Origin: Paramecium tetraurelia
Taxonomy: Eukaryota
Direction: 5' to 3'
Length of the DNA stretch: 64,000 bases
Assembly: GCA_000165425.1 (NCBI GenBank)
Contig: CT868077.1
Coordinates: forward strand, 1 to 64,000
Shown: in pieces, positions 24,058-40,741 of the stretch
Layout: every line of letters starts with the position of its first letter
How positions within the stretch are numbered: the stretch's first letter is position 1
Made by a program: the position numbers and the translations under genes
Notes under the pieces: generated by a model
The model's database searches: none
What the model was told of the DNA's origin: nothing
The model's input: the letters and a program-made list of their open reading frames with translations, nothing else

Positions 24058-27000
24058 ATGAATGACTTAAAACTTCTTGAAAAATTACCTGCAAGGAAAA
24101 CCAATATCAAGATGAATTTTGCCATAAATGGAGTATTTTCCTTTCCTGAAGAATGGAGAGTAACTGATGAAGCCAATCCAAACTTATTTTAATACTCAGT
24201 TGCATTTCTTGATTAAAGATTATCAGGTGGGAAGGTATTACCTCGAGAATTGACTGAGAAGGAGAAGAAAGAAATTGAAGAAGCAGAGGCAGCAAAGAAA
24301 GCAAAAAAATAACCGAAAAAAAGATGCTAAAATTGAGGTATTAAGAATTATTATTCTTAGCCTCCTAAATTAACACCAGAAGAAGAAAAGGAAAAGCTTC
24401 AAAGGGAATAAATGGAACTTGAAGAATAAAAGAGACTTAAGGCTGAATGGGATGCTCTAACAGAGGAAGAATAATTTTATAGGACTTAGGAGGATCAATT
24501 CAAAAGTCCAAGTATTAAGTTTGATCAGAATTCGTTCTCTTAAGAGTTAACTGGTTAAAGGTTGGTGATATAACAAGAGAGAGTGAGAGTTGACAAGGGA
24601 GAATGGATATTTTTATATAAATCACCGATTCCAGGAGATGAAGAAGTAGCAAAACTCAAAAAAACTAAACCTAAGACTCTAAATGTGAATGATTTAAATA
24701 TCATTGTCTTTAAGGCTTGGATAGATTATCTACCATTTTAAACTCCAGGATAAATTGAAACTATCCAAAGAATCAAATTTACTTAGTATATGGACGAGCA
24801 ATCTCCTCCTGAAACACCTAGACCTAATGTGGAAACAATGTATTTGTACTTAAAAATCAATTTGTCTCAACCGATAACCCCTATTAGGTATGAACCCTAA
24901 CCAACCTTTTAAGATTTGATATCTCTAGCTCCTGAACCTCAACCAATCCCACTAAGTTAGTAGTGCATTGAAGAGTTGAGGAGTGATCTGTAGGTCATTA
25001 TAGAATCGTTGGCGATGGAATATTCGAATATGTTTTCGAAAGATCTAAACAAATATCAAAATGAAAAACAAAGTAATATGTTAATGACTCATAAGAAATA
25101 ATCTCTTTAATAAAGGAAGGAACACTTTCTCTATGATTTCAACATATCAGGAAAATACAAGATTTTAAAGGAAAGAATAAAAAAGAGTATAGTGAAATTA
25201 TGCAGGGATAAGTTTAGTAAATCAGGTTCAGTAACAGGTATTTCAACAACATAATCGGATTAATTTTACTCAGAATTGTATGTGTTTCTAATGGAGGAAA
25301 TGAGATAGGTGTTAATTAATATGGTAAGAGAAAATAAGGAAGCATTGTAAGAGGATTTCTCTCATTTACTATCTAAGAAGAAAACTATTTAAGATGTTGG
25401 ATTTTAAGAGATCATTGTTGAAAAAACAAATGAAACTAGAAAACAACAACTAGAGAGATTATGTTAAGAATACGAAATTTTAAATAGAACTGAGGAGGTA
25501 GAAAAACATCTTAGAGATTTAAATTTGATTAATCCAAAAGATCAAGATGCTTTGATGAAGTTTGCATTCTTCTGTCTCAGATGCGCAAAAATAGATTAAG
25601 CAGTAACACTAGTAGAATAGGCTTTATCTTTTGATGGGCATAATCAATAAAATTAATTATTACTCGCTGGTTTGTATTAAAAACGAGAAAAGATTTCAGA
25701 AGCTAAATTTATTTTGGAATTATTATTAGATTAAGATCCAAACAATTTAATTTATCATCTCTTCTACAATCTGATTATTTAATCACAAGACTAAGAATTA
25801 GCAGATTTCATGATGTAAAAAGCTGAAAGAATATGGCTGAGACAGCTGAATCTAATCAAGCAGGAAGGAATGCATCATGAAGATCCTTAACTATTTGATA
25901 TTCCTTGGATCAAGATTCCTATTCCAGTTCCAGATAAGCCAGAAAAAGACAAGGCCATCTTAGAATAAAGAGAATAACAAAGGATTGCTTGGGAGAATGC
26001 TCATAATTAACCATAATTGACAGAATAATAATATGATCAGATGATTTTACAATTAGTAGAATTCTTCGAGAATGCTTGTCTCTTTGAATTAGCTGAATAA
26101 TCATTGAGTCTATTGAATGACCAATCTCATAATAAGATTACTATGTTAAGAGCTAAAATATACTTGTATAAGTCTGAATATGCTTAGTGCTTGGATCTGA
26201 TTGAAAATATGTTAGGTATTATCATGTTATATTCAAAGAGTTTAATCCTGAAAACTTAGAAATACGTATTGAATACATAAAAGTATTGTTTAAGAGTCAA
26301 GCCTTTGAAAAATGTGAGAAGCAGATAAAATTTGTATTACCGAATCCCTAATTGAGAGAAGATCAGATCACTTATTTTAGTATGTATTTGATGTTAGGTT
26401 CGATTTATATCAATGAAAAGTAATTTGGAAATGCTAGAGCCGTATTCACAAAGGCTTGTCAAATTAAGGACAATTCGTCATTGTCTTGGATGGGATTGGG
26501 TATTTCCTCTCACGAATGTGAAAAGTATAAGGAGGCAGAAGATGCCTTGAGAATGGCTAATCTATATGAGCCTACAAATGATACAGTTTGGGGATACATA
26601 GCTTTGAATTGTTTAAAGGATGGTAAGAGGTTCAGAGATGCTAATTCAGCCTTGAAAGAGATGAATAAAACCGATGTATTGAATAGCACATATAAATGAT
26701 TAGGCTGGATAAGTCAATTTGATGGTTCGTTTAAGCAAAGAATTTTACAATATTGAGGAGTATTTAACTGCCAAGGAATTATTGCAAAAGGCTATAAATT
26801 GGGCCAAGATTCAAGACATGCTTACAGAGGAAATCAATCAATTTGAGATTCAATTAGCAGAGACGAATGAGAAACTCGGATTACTTTAGCAAGCTCTAGA
26901 TATATATTAAGAGATATTAAATGGGGAATGTGGATCTTTGGAGGAACACTTAAAAGAGCAAATAAATAGACTGCATTTCCAGACCAATATAAAATATTGA
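24058..27000 (+). CDS. CFAP70: Cilia- and flagella-associated protein 70 (TTC18)-like, with C-terminal TPRs
   Basis: FLYDFNISGKYKILKERIKKSIVKLCRDKF...FYSELYVFLMEEM matches the CFAP70 core; SWMGLGISSHECEKYKEAEDALRMANLYEPTNDTVWGYIAL is a TPR. One extra A at 24316-24322. Confidence 0.85.
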
Positions 27001-27038
27001 TAAAATATTATAAATATTTATATTATTAATATTAAATA

Positions 27039-27608
27039 ATGAAATCCTTGTTCAGATATCATTTCATTAACAAAGTCAGCATTTCCTCGATCAATCAGAA
27101 TACATTGATTCCTTTATATAAGTCATCAATTTCAGGTATTATCATTATAAACACATTGCTAGATTAAAAATTAAACAATTTTTCATAATCCTACGTACCT
27201 TTCAAGGAATACTTTTAATTGGTTCCCATCTTTCTTGAGAGGTATTTGTTTGATCACGGCAAACATTTTGTTGTTGGAATGGCATATTCGAAGGAATCTA
27301 ATCTATTGTAATTGAAATGTTTGGCTCATTCAGGACTTTATACTAAATATGTTTGATTTATCAATTATATTTAGATTGTCCCTCAAAACATCATCCCTGC
27401 CACATTTGGTGATTACAATCAGAGTGCCAGATTTAATTTGTTCGAGCACACTATTCGAGTGGACTACGATATGATTTACTATAACAATTAGCAAAATGAA
27501 TTTTACCTATTTGATAGGGAGGGCAAATGGGAAGAAGTGGAGATTCCAGAATTATCAATAGAAAAACTGTTTGATGAGAAGAAATATTTGAACGAAGTCT
27601 TCAGATGA
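27039..27608 (+). CDS. Hypothetical protein (~170 aa), possibly mitochondrial
   Basis: Basic/hydroxylated N-terminus MKSLFRYHFINKVSISSINQ, two tiny introns, TGA at 27606-27608. Confidence 0.6.
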
Positions 27609-27741
27609 TCAAGAATAAATAAATATATAAAAATATTAATTATTTTTAACAACCATGAGGCCCAGATTATTTCAATAAGACAAAAAAATTATTGTAAAAT
27701 CGCATTAATATTATAGAATTATTCTTTTGACTCCAATCAAT

Positions 27742-29909
<2,168 letters not shown>

Positions 29910-30043
29910 TTCACATCATTTTTGTATTTAAATATTATATATAGATCAATAATGGAGTTGATCAATAAAGTTATGATTCGCAATATTAAATAGTCATTAT
30001 TATCTATAATTTTATGAATAAATACATATATAAAATAATATTA

Positions 30044-31100
30044 ATGATTATAAATAAATTTTTTGCTGCATTTTCACAACTCATTAGCAAAACCTCCCAA
30101 GTAGCAAAGCAATCTTTAACAAAATAAAATTTAATTCAATCTGAACCTATGAGATTAAGTAAATACTTGGCTTAAACAAGTGTATGCTCAAGAAGAGAAG
30201 CAGAAAAAATGATAGAATCTGGTATGATTTTGGTGGATGGCAAAAAAGTAGATAGCAACATACCAGTTACTTCTGAGAATAAAATACAAGTATTTACAAA
30301 AAATGGAGAAAGAATGCCAGTGAAGCAATCAACAGTAACCAGAATTTATTATTAAAGAAAGTATGGATTTTTTATAAACCAATTGGTATGATATGTTCTC
30401 ACAATGATCCATTTAAAAGACCATCATTCTATGATTTTGCAAAGCTTAGATTAAAAACTGACTAGCATATTATTTCTGTGGGAAGATTAGATTTTAATTC
30501 AGAGGGACTAATAGTAGTGACAAACGACGGAGAGTTGGCTAGATGCATGGAACTACCCGAAACAAAGTTACAACGTATATATAGAGTAAGAGTTTATGGC
30601 ACTTTTACAGAAGAGAAGCTGAAAAAGATTAGAAATGGTCTCACTATAGCTGGTGTAAATTATGGTCCTTATTGGGTTAATGTTGAAAATAGGTATAAAA
30701 AAAGTTTAAAATTAGATAGTCAAGAAACACTTGGTTAATTATGAGATTAGAATCAGGTAAAAATAGAGAAATCAGAAAAGTAATGTAGAAATTTGATTTG
30801 CGAGTTAATAGACTGATTAGATAAAGTTATGGTCCTTACAAGCTGATGGGTTTGAAACCAGGTGACTTTTATGAAGCTTAAATTGAGCCTGAAATAAAGA
30901 GAAAACTTTATCTTTAAGCTAGGAAAAAGTTATAGAATGTATAGGAATAGATTTAATTGGAATAAACAAAACTTAATATTAAAGCTTTAGATGAGTAAAG
31001 TAAGAATGAAAAATAGATTGAAAAATAAGAAAATGATTAGGTTCAGAAGAAGAACTTAATTGTAAATAAATTTAAGAAAGTTCAATAGAAAACAGCTTGA
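30044..31100 (+). CDS. S4-domain pseudouridine synthase, RsuA/RluB/E/F family
   Basis: S4 domain MRLSKYLAQTSVCSRREAEKMIESG, then YKPIG, catalytic VGRLDFNSEGLIVVTNDGELA, GKNREIRK and VNRLIRQSYGP. Confidence 0.9.
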
Positions 31101-31164
31101 TTTGTTTAATAAATTATATAAGCAATTATAAAGTTAATTGATATAGAATTATTCTAATAAGTGA

Positions 31165-32989
31165 TCATGAAAATTTATACATAGAAAGTTGATTAGCTTT
31201 TATTGTTTCTATTTCAGAAAGTGCATTATCTAATCTTTCCCTTAATGCTTCCATTTCAATACTGCAAAGCACTTTTTCATAGTAATAATTCACTTTATTA
31301 AAGTCTTAATACTAATAATGCAATTTCTAATCTATATTTATAATTATGTACATGAATTTATTCCTATAAATTTTGTTTTTCTTTAGTTAAAGTTGTTACC
31401 TACTTTGTCAATTAGTTCATTGTTTCTTGGTTGTCATGTAATTCTTTATTTCTTAATTAGGATTAGTAGTTAAAATTATCGATTTCCTTTTATTACTATT
31501 ACATTTTTTAATCTAATCGAATCTTTACTATAATTCAATAAAATACCTTTTATTATGATTATTAGGATAAATCATTTAATAGTTATTATCTTTCTTATTG
31601 AAACTATTATATTTCTCTCGACATTAGTTAAAACTTCTATGTAATATCATCTTAGAATTCTTATTCAAACTTTCCTTGCTTCATTCTTGCTTCAGTTAGT
31701 TCTTGTTCATAATTCTCTCTCATGGATTGCATTTATTATTGCATTTAATCATACTTTAATTAAAATTAAGAGAACTAAATATTTAATGACTTAATCTAAT
31801 TATCTTTTTCTTGGGAGACAACTTAGGCTTAATTTAACTAATTGAGCATTTCCTATTCTTATATAGTTCTGGAGAGCTTGTCGTGATTCTTCTTCTCTTA
31901 TAATTAATTATTCAGACGTTTATTGATAGAATTTAAATTGTCAATTTCATTTCGTTATTCTATAATTTTGGTTTCATATATCGAAATTTATGACTGTAGT
32001 ATTTCTAATTGATTTTAAAGTTCATGGTTTTAGGTATCCAACTTTCGGACATCTATTCCTAATATTTCTAATTATGAATTTCTCATTTTTAAATCATCAA
32101 TTTCATTTTCTCTTAAATTGATTATCTCTTTAAGTTTATCGAGTTCTTATTCATTAACAACCCTTTTTTTCATAATCTCTTATTATGTTCTCATTTCATC
32201 CATATCAATTTTGATTCTTTGATATAGATTAGTCATTCGTACCAATTCTTTTTAGGCTTAGTCCTTCTAAGCATTAGCATCAACAATTTAGGTCTTTAAT
32301 TCAAATTAGTCCATCTCTAATTAATGGCATTTCTTCCTTGCTTTTTCAGTCTCCCTATTTGAATTATCCAATTCTCTTTACAAATGTTTGAGCTCATCAT
32401 TTAATTCATTGGTTGTAACTTGATAAAATTGCTTCAATTGTTGTGATTAATTATGCATTTCCATTTTGTAATGGTTTTCCATATCCTACAATTATTTGAC
32501 CTTGTCATTTTCACTAATGATAAACTTTTATTTCCATGAATCGCTCTCATTTCTAATTACTCGAATTCTGTCTTCTACTTCTCTGTAAAATCGATCATCG
32601 CTTTTTGCTGAAAGTGTTTCTTGGGATTGGGATTATGGGACTTAAAATTCAGCCACAGATGTTTATAATTTCAAATCTTTTTGCTAAGGGAAAGTTTAGA
32701 TATTTTAAATTTGTTAGATAACCTATTGGGGAATCGGATTGATGGGAGATTATACTGTTCGATAGACAGTTTAACCTGATGGTGGTGCAACATGAGTAGG
32801 CGACATGTTTAATCTAAAGTTATTTGCATTAACAATCTATTCATTAACAGGGACATGAACTGCTTCATACACAAGTGGTTTCAATATTGCTTTCTATTAT
32901 TGTTATTATTTTTATTATTGTTATTATTAAGGTTGAGATGAAAAGGAATCTTTGTTCGATTGATATGCATTCGGGGAAATTGATCTCAT
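31165..32989 (-). CDS. Coiled-coil protein
   Basis: Long code-6 open frame with a polyQ/proline-rich N-terminus followed by E/K/Q/L heptads; TGA at 31165-31167. Confidence 0.75.
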
Positions 32990-33093
32990 TAATTATTTTA
33001 TTATTAATTTTATTAACACATTTAAGAAACTAATAATTTATAAAATACAATAAAGCAAATTGTAAATTATTTGTTTGTTTAATAAATATTATA

Positions 33094-33585
33094 ATGTCTC
33101 TTTCTTCAAGCGATCAATAGGGAATATACGATTCTGGTGAGCTTTCATATCCTAAATCTCCCAAATCCAAAAAGATCAAGAAATGTGAATCACTTTCTCC
33201 CAAAAAGAATTCTGGCCATTGGACTCAAGAGGAACATTAAAAATATTTGAAATTCCTTGAGGATCATGCACATATCAAGAAAAACAATAAAATATTTAAA
33301 CCTATGAGTGATGTCATTGGAACTCGATCACCTAGTCAGTGCAGGTAAAAATAGTGTTATTGTAGATCTCACCATCAAAAGTTCAATCCCTTCTCCCCAA
33401 TAGTTCAGAAGAAAAATCTCAAAGCTCAACAAAGAACACAATTTACTATACCCCCCCCAATGGAAGATTCCTATCAATACAAAGAAGAGGAGTGTCTGAA
33501 TCGCAGATTGGTCCAATTAATGATTTTTGATGAAGAAGAATAATTCGATGAACCTTAATAATTTAATTTAGATGATTTCTTCTGA
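33094..33585 (+). CDS. Single-repeat Myb-like DNA-binding protein (SHAQKY class)
   Basis: GHWTQEEHQKYLKFL...IGTRSPSQCRSHHQKF across a tiny intron, followed by an acidic C-terminus. Confidence 0.85.
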
Positions 33586-33854
33586 AATGCATTTATGGTA
33601 TATACATAAAACCTTCTATTTGGATAATGCATTTAATTATATCTCTAATTACTATTTATCATATAAATATTAACGCAGTCTATCTAGATTATCCAATACT
33701 CAAAATTGTTGTTGTCTTGAAATTAATTTGTAAACTACTAACAATAAATTTCTCATTATATTTTAATTTAACAGAATTATTTAGGAATCAGGCTTCTTTT
33801 TACAATACCCTAATCCCAAACTATCATTTCAACCACTATATTTTGTACAAATTA

Positions 33855-35210
33855 ATGAACTTAGAAACTCAAACTTTTTACTTTGAAACAAGTTAATCAA
33901 TTATTTAATCAATATATTTAAAAATAAATGAATTGATTGAAATCATTCAAAAAAAGAAACCTCAATTATTGAAACACTGAAAGAATACAGAGAAGAACTT
34001 TTTATAACAAAAACTATTAAATATGTTAAAGCCTGATGAGAATCTACTAATTTATACTTAACTTTGTACTTGAAAGATAAAGAAGTTTTAAAAAGCGATT
34101 GAAAATTTAAATATGGAAATCAATATCATCAACATATGCTTCAGATGAGAATTTATAATGATCTTTTTAGGATAATAATGTAAATAAACAAAAGATATAG
34201 ATTATTCTTATCATCAATAGATAGATGAAATCTAAATGTAAATTATAAAGAATAATGGATAAATAAATAGTATTATTAAAAGAGTTGAAAGAATAGAAGG
34301 CTTTACTTCAAACTCAAAAACGGAAGAGTTTTAAATAAACAAAATAGAATTGCTTTTGCAATTATTAAATTTAAAATTATTTTGCTATAACTTGAAAATA
34401 TAATTTAGAGAACAGTATTACCTCATTCTTAATGACTATGGTGAGATCTTCAAGTAGTAATAGATAAATGGAAAGAAATTATTGATTAAAATTTTGTATC
34501 CCCAAATAAAAGAAGTGATTCTATTGATGCGATCAAGAAAACTTAAAAGATCAAAAATGCAAGGTTGTAGTCTTAGACGCCAAAAGTTTCATATTTTGGA
34601 TCTTGAAAATTTCTATTCCAATCCAAAGCCCAAGATTTGAGGTAGCCATGAATCCTTAGGATGCATATGATTCTATTAAAAATCCTATTTAAATTGCAAA
34701 AAAACCATTTTCTGAATGAAATTACTATTAATTAAGCTTCAATTAGAATCAGAGATTTTCATTTAATGGCATTTTAATAGTTGAATGGATGCACCAAAAT
34801 GTATGATCCGGTAAAGAAGATCCTATCAAATATGTTTATAGATGTTATAGAATTGATAATCAATTTAATGTAAGAAATTGATTTATTTAAAGATCTTCAG
34901 CTCTGAAGAGAATGAGGATATGAATTAAGACTCCAAGTTTCATAACTTATGATAAAATGAGATTTTATGATGATTATAGCCAAAATGCTTTAATTTGAGG
35001 ACTATTTGTGAACCTTTAATGAGAGGAATCATTAGCATAGTTTGGCCTAAAGACACATAAATATGCAACATCTGTCATTCAAATTATAGGGAAACTCAGT
35101 CTTAGTTAATGGTTTATGTTTAAAAGAACAAGACTTAATTAAATTATAACCATTATTCAAATAGCTAATATATTATTAAACGATTATCAAATTACGTGTC
35201 CAGATTATTA
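33855..35210 (+). pseudogene. Probable decayed gene with a C-terminal RING-finger remnant
   Basis: Coding-like fragments broken by TGA and frameshifts; ICNICHSNY near 35061, with a later His and an out-of-frame ITCPD near 35190. Confidence 0.4.
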
Positions 35211-35240
35211 TTTTTTTTTAATAATAATATTTTTATATAT

Positions 35241-36857
<1,617 letters not shown>

Positions 36858-37111
36858 TCTAAGATTAATAAACATTGTATTTTTAACAATTTTATTTTCA
36901 CATTTCAAATAATTATTATTTGTATGCGAGTTACTTATTTATTTGATTAAGAATTGGTGTAATTATAGGGAATAGTTCATAACTGTAATTAATTGATTAT
37001 CATATGATTTATTCGAAACTACCCATAAATACATAAATTTCAGGTGTAATAGCTTTTCTTTATAGAGATTTTAATTAATTTCAATCAATTATATATTTAT
37101 AACAATAAATA

Positions 37112-37378
37112 ATGCAGGATTTTCAATAGACTCTTGATGAAAATCAAAATTTAGCGGAAGCTTTGTAAACTTAATAAAATATTAAGTAAATTATATAACT
37201 CAGAGAAGGTATCAAAACATATAATATAGAAATAAAATAGCAGGAAGAGAATTTTATGTAAAATTAGCAAATACTAAAAAATGAAGAAATTAGCAATAAA
37301 AAAATACTTTTAGCAATAATAATTATTTTATTAATAACAAATATTTTGTTGTTATTATATAAACTAAAAAGACATTGA
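37112..37378 (+). CDS. Small protein with a C-terminal transmembrane anchor
   Basis: MQDFQQTLDENQNLAEAL...KKILLAIIIILLITNILLLLYKLKRH-TGA; one probable intron of about 20 nt. Confidence 0.5.
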
Positions 37379-38094
37379 ATTTTGATCTAACTTTTCTTTT
37401 AATTTTATTACAATATTTGTTCTTTATTAAGCCCTCTATGCTTCTTACCTAACCTTTAATAATTGTTGTGCTAAAATTGTAACTCTGAATGCTTCTTTAT
37501 TAATGTTATGATAATTAATCTAATTCAACTTTAATCTATATACTGTTATGCTTTGAGAAATTTAATCCTTGAAATTCCTTTATTTTAATGCAGAATATTG
37601 AGTACCATTTTTAATTCTTTAATGCTCAATAATTTTTGATAAAGCATACTTTGTTTTGAAATTCATGTTTAGAAATTTCAACGTCAAATTTCTTAATATA
37701 ATTAGTTTATTCTAAAGTAGATGGATAACGATGTTATTTTGAAAATATATTAATTTTAGGATTTCAAATAATAAGTCTTTTAATTCTCTAGAAATTTGTA
37801 ATTGAAAAATCAATGAAATATAAATTTATAACAATTTAAGTTATTACATTTTATTTGGTGCTTTAATTTTTGATTTTTTTTTATTTCCTACCATTTATAT
37901 TATTAAAGTTAAGAAGCAAAGCAAAGAATTAACCCAAATATGAAATTTTTATATACATTTATATATTTTTTCTTCATACAAAGTTTGATTATTGGATATT
38001 AATCTAAAAACAGAAAATTAAAATTTTAATATAATTTTAGGTATTTTGAGTTCAAAAGACTGGGATTTAGCAAAAAAAATAAATATCATTTGAT

Positions 38095-38652
38095 TCAATA
38101 AAGTGATTTATTCGAAATAACACTATCTATCTCCTCACATTCATAAAGTTATGACTTTTAAAATTTATTTCCTTCTTATTATAATAATGAAATCACTTAT
38201 TGACTCTAAATACTTTAATTTGTGCTTGCAAAACTTATTTAAGTTTTTCGTTTCTCCAGTAGAGTATTAATTTATATTGAAACCTATGAGCTTTTAAGTA
38301 TTATATCTGGAGTATTATCAGAAAAGTCTTTTTCAATTTCCAATTAAGTGAAAGCTCTACGCTTATTTTGATTTCTTAAGTTGGAAAAGTATCGATCTTG
38401 CTTTGCTTTTGGATCTGTTTTCATTTTGATATTCAATGAGCTCAAATAATCAACTATGGATAACTCAATTTGGAGATTTTTTTTTTTAAATTCATTAACT
38501 TCTTGATATTCTCTAATGTTCAATTCTAATGATCTTCCTGAATAGCCTCCATAGTAATCCTCTTATGGATCTATATTAATGCTTGACTAAGATATTCGAG
38601 AAAGATTAAGCTCTTTTAAATTAACTGGTTATTACTTTTATTCGAGTTCCAT
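38095..38652 (-). CDS. Hypothetical protein, or intact 5' part of a decaying gene
   Basis: About 185 open codons from MELEQKQQPVNLKELNLSR to a TGA near 38095. Downstream sequence remains coding-like but is frameshifted. Confidence 0.45.
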
Positions 38653-40741
38653 AAAAATATATTTTATTAATGTTTTGATGTCAGAAAATATCTGAAATAT
38701 CAATTAAGCACAAGTAACATTAGATTTATGAAAATGTAACAATACTAGTATATCAATATTACATCAGATATTTGTTTAATTATACTTCGATTAAATATTT
38801 ATTCCAAAATTATTGCTTTATGTTCAATAGTATGATGATAATACGTAAAAGTAATAAAATATAAGATTAACACCTAAAATAAGGAAACTTCTTCATTAAT
38901 AGTTAGTTTTAAATTTTTTCAAATCCAATTAGAATAATATTTTTTATTATATCATTCTTCTATGATGCCATTTGAATAAAAGGTATTGCTAAAAGAATTT
39001 TCTAGTAATTAAAGTAGTTCTATCTCCCTTAGATGAGAGATGCCAAGCATCTTTAAACAAAAAAATTGTACTGAAATTTTATTTATTTTAAAAAACCGAA
39101 AAAATAATTACTATGAATTATTTTTATACTAATTATAAACCTGAATATCTTAAGGAGTTTATTTCGATTTTTTTGATATTCTCAAATTTATAAAGAGTTC
39201 CAGTATACCAAAGGCTAAAAAAATCATTAAATATAGTAGGCTATTATTCTGTTTGTGAAATATAATTGTATTTAATTTTCAGATTGCCCTACATCAAAAG
39301 AATTTGATATCCATGAATTATAAAAAAATCATTAGTGGCTCTTAATAATAATTTACAGTAATAGTTAACTATCTTTTGAATTTTAAATATAAGTATTGTG
39401 TCAAACTTCTTTATATAAAAAAATTATGACTCATAATACTTACAATAAAAATCCAAAAAAAGTTAAATTTAATTTAAAGGTAAGCTTTTACTCATGCTTC
39501 TCCAATATTTGATGAGTAAAACACACTTATGAAAAGAAATTAATTTTCGAAAATAATAAAATCATTAGATTATTATTATAATTTAATTTCCATGACTTTA
39601 GAGTTTAAGCTAAATAATATAAAATGACCAGCCAAATAGTAGCATATTATACTAAACTCTTTAGTCAATTAATGTTATTCTCACATTGTAAGTGTCATTG
39701 CTTTCTTATAATTTAAATTCACAGTTTATCATAACCACAGGTAATTTACAACAATTATATGGTAAATTTTATCTAAGCAATGATTGGTAATTAAAGTTTA
39801 CAATTTGAAAGGAAATTCATATAAATTCAAGAGGATTAAATAAGTTATGTTATCATCAATTTAAGTCATTGAAATCTTACACCTGTAAATTGAATTGAAA
39901 TGATCTCGTGTTGATGAAAGTTCTTAGTTCACCATAAATGCACAACTGTTTATGAAAATCTTGCACAAATTTGAAAAAAGCTAATCGGAAGAAAAATTAT
40001 TAATTAAATTATCACCCACTTCTTATTATTTTTCTATATCACTTACTCTGATGATTTAAATAGAAATAACCTAGATTCCTTTAAAGATAGGGTATTATTT
40101 GAACATTTTCTAAAGTAGTGATTAAGGAAAATACAAGTCTCCTTAAAATGAGTGAAACTCATGAAAAAAGAAGGTAAGTTTAATGTTAACTATTTTTCAG
40201 ACTACTTAAATCAAGTATGCAGATTTATCTAGGTTTATTAATTATTAATTATTATCAAGTCGAAATTAAAAAAAATCGATCATATAATATAGTTTCTTAA
40301 AAGCGAATATTATCAAATTAAAGAATCCTATTTATTTAATAGAGAGCAAGCAATGATTTCTTCATTTTGAATGTTTATTTAATATTTTGTTATTATTTAT
40401 AATCAAGAAATTAACAATTTTAATTAAAAGGTTTTTAAAAGCCTAGTAGTTAGTATTTCAATGCTTTTGGTTTTTTAATTCAATTTTATTATTTATGGAT
40501 ATATAATATATGAGGAGTTACAATTTCTTAACAGCTGAAAGGAATAAATGCTAGCGTAAAGTTGTAAATTATTATTTAGAGGTATATGCAAGATGCTGAT
40601 GAGTTTTAGGGGGACATTTATAAATGATATAATGATATAATAATGATAGTATAACAAAATATGTTTTCTATTATTCACAATACTAGTATATAAGTAATTG
40701 AATTTAAAAAATAAATTGAAGTATTTAAAGTGTTTAAAATA

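Noticed and set aside
19400..24337. Selenocysteine or TGA readthrough at internal TGAs of clathrin and CFAP70
   Set aside because: Homology resumes only in a shifted frame, so readthrough would not restore the proteins.
40505..40600. Possible C/D snoRNA (TGAGGA...CTGA...CTGA)
   Set aside because: The box C is non-canonical and I could not identify a terminal stem or rRNA-complementary guide; it would need snoscan or Infernal.
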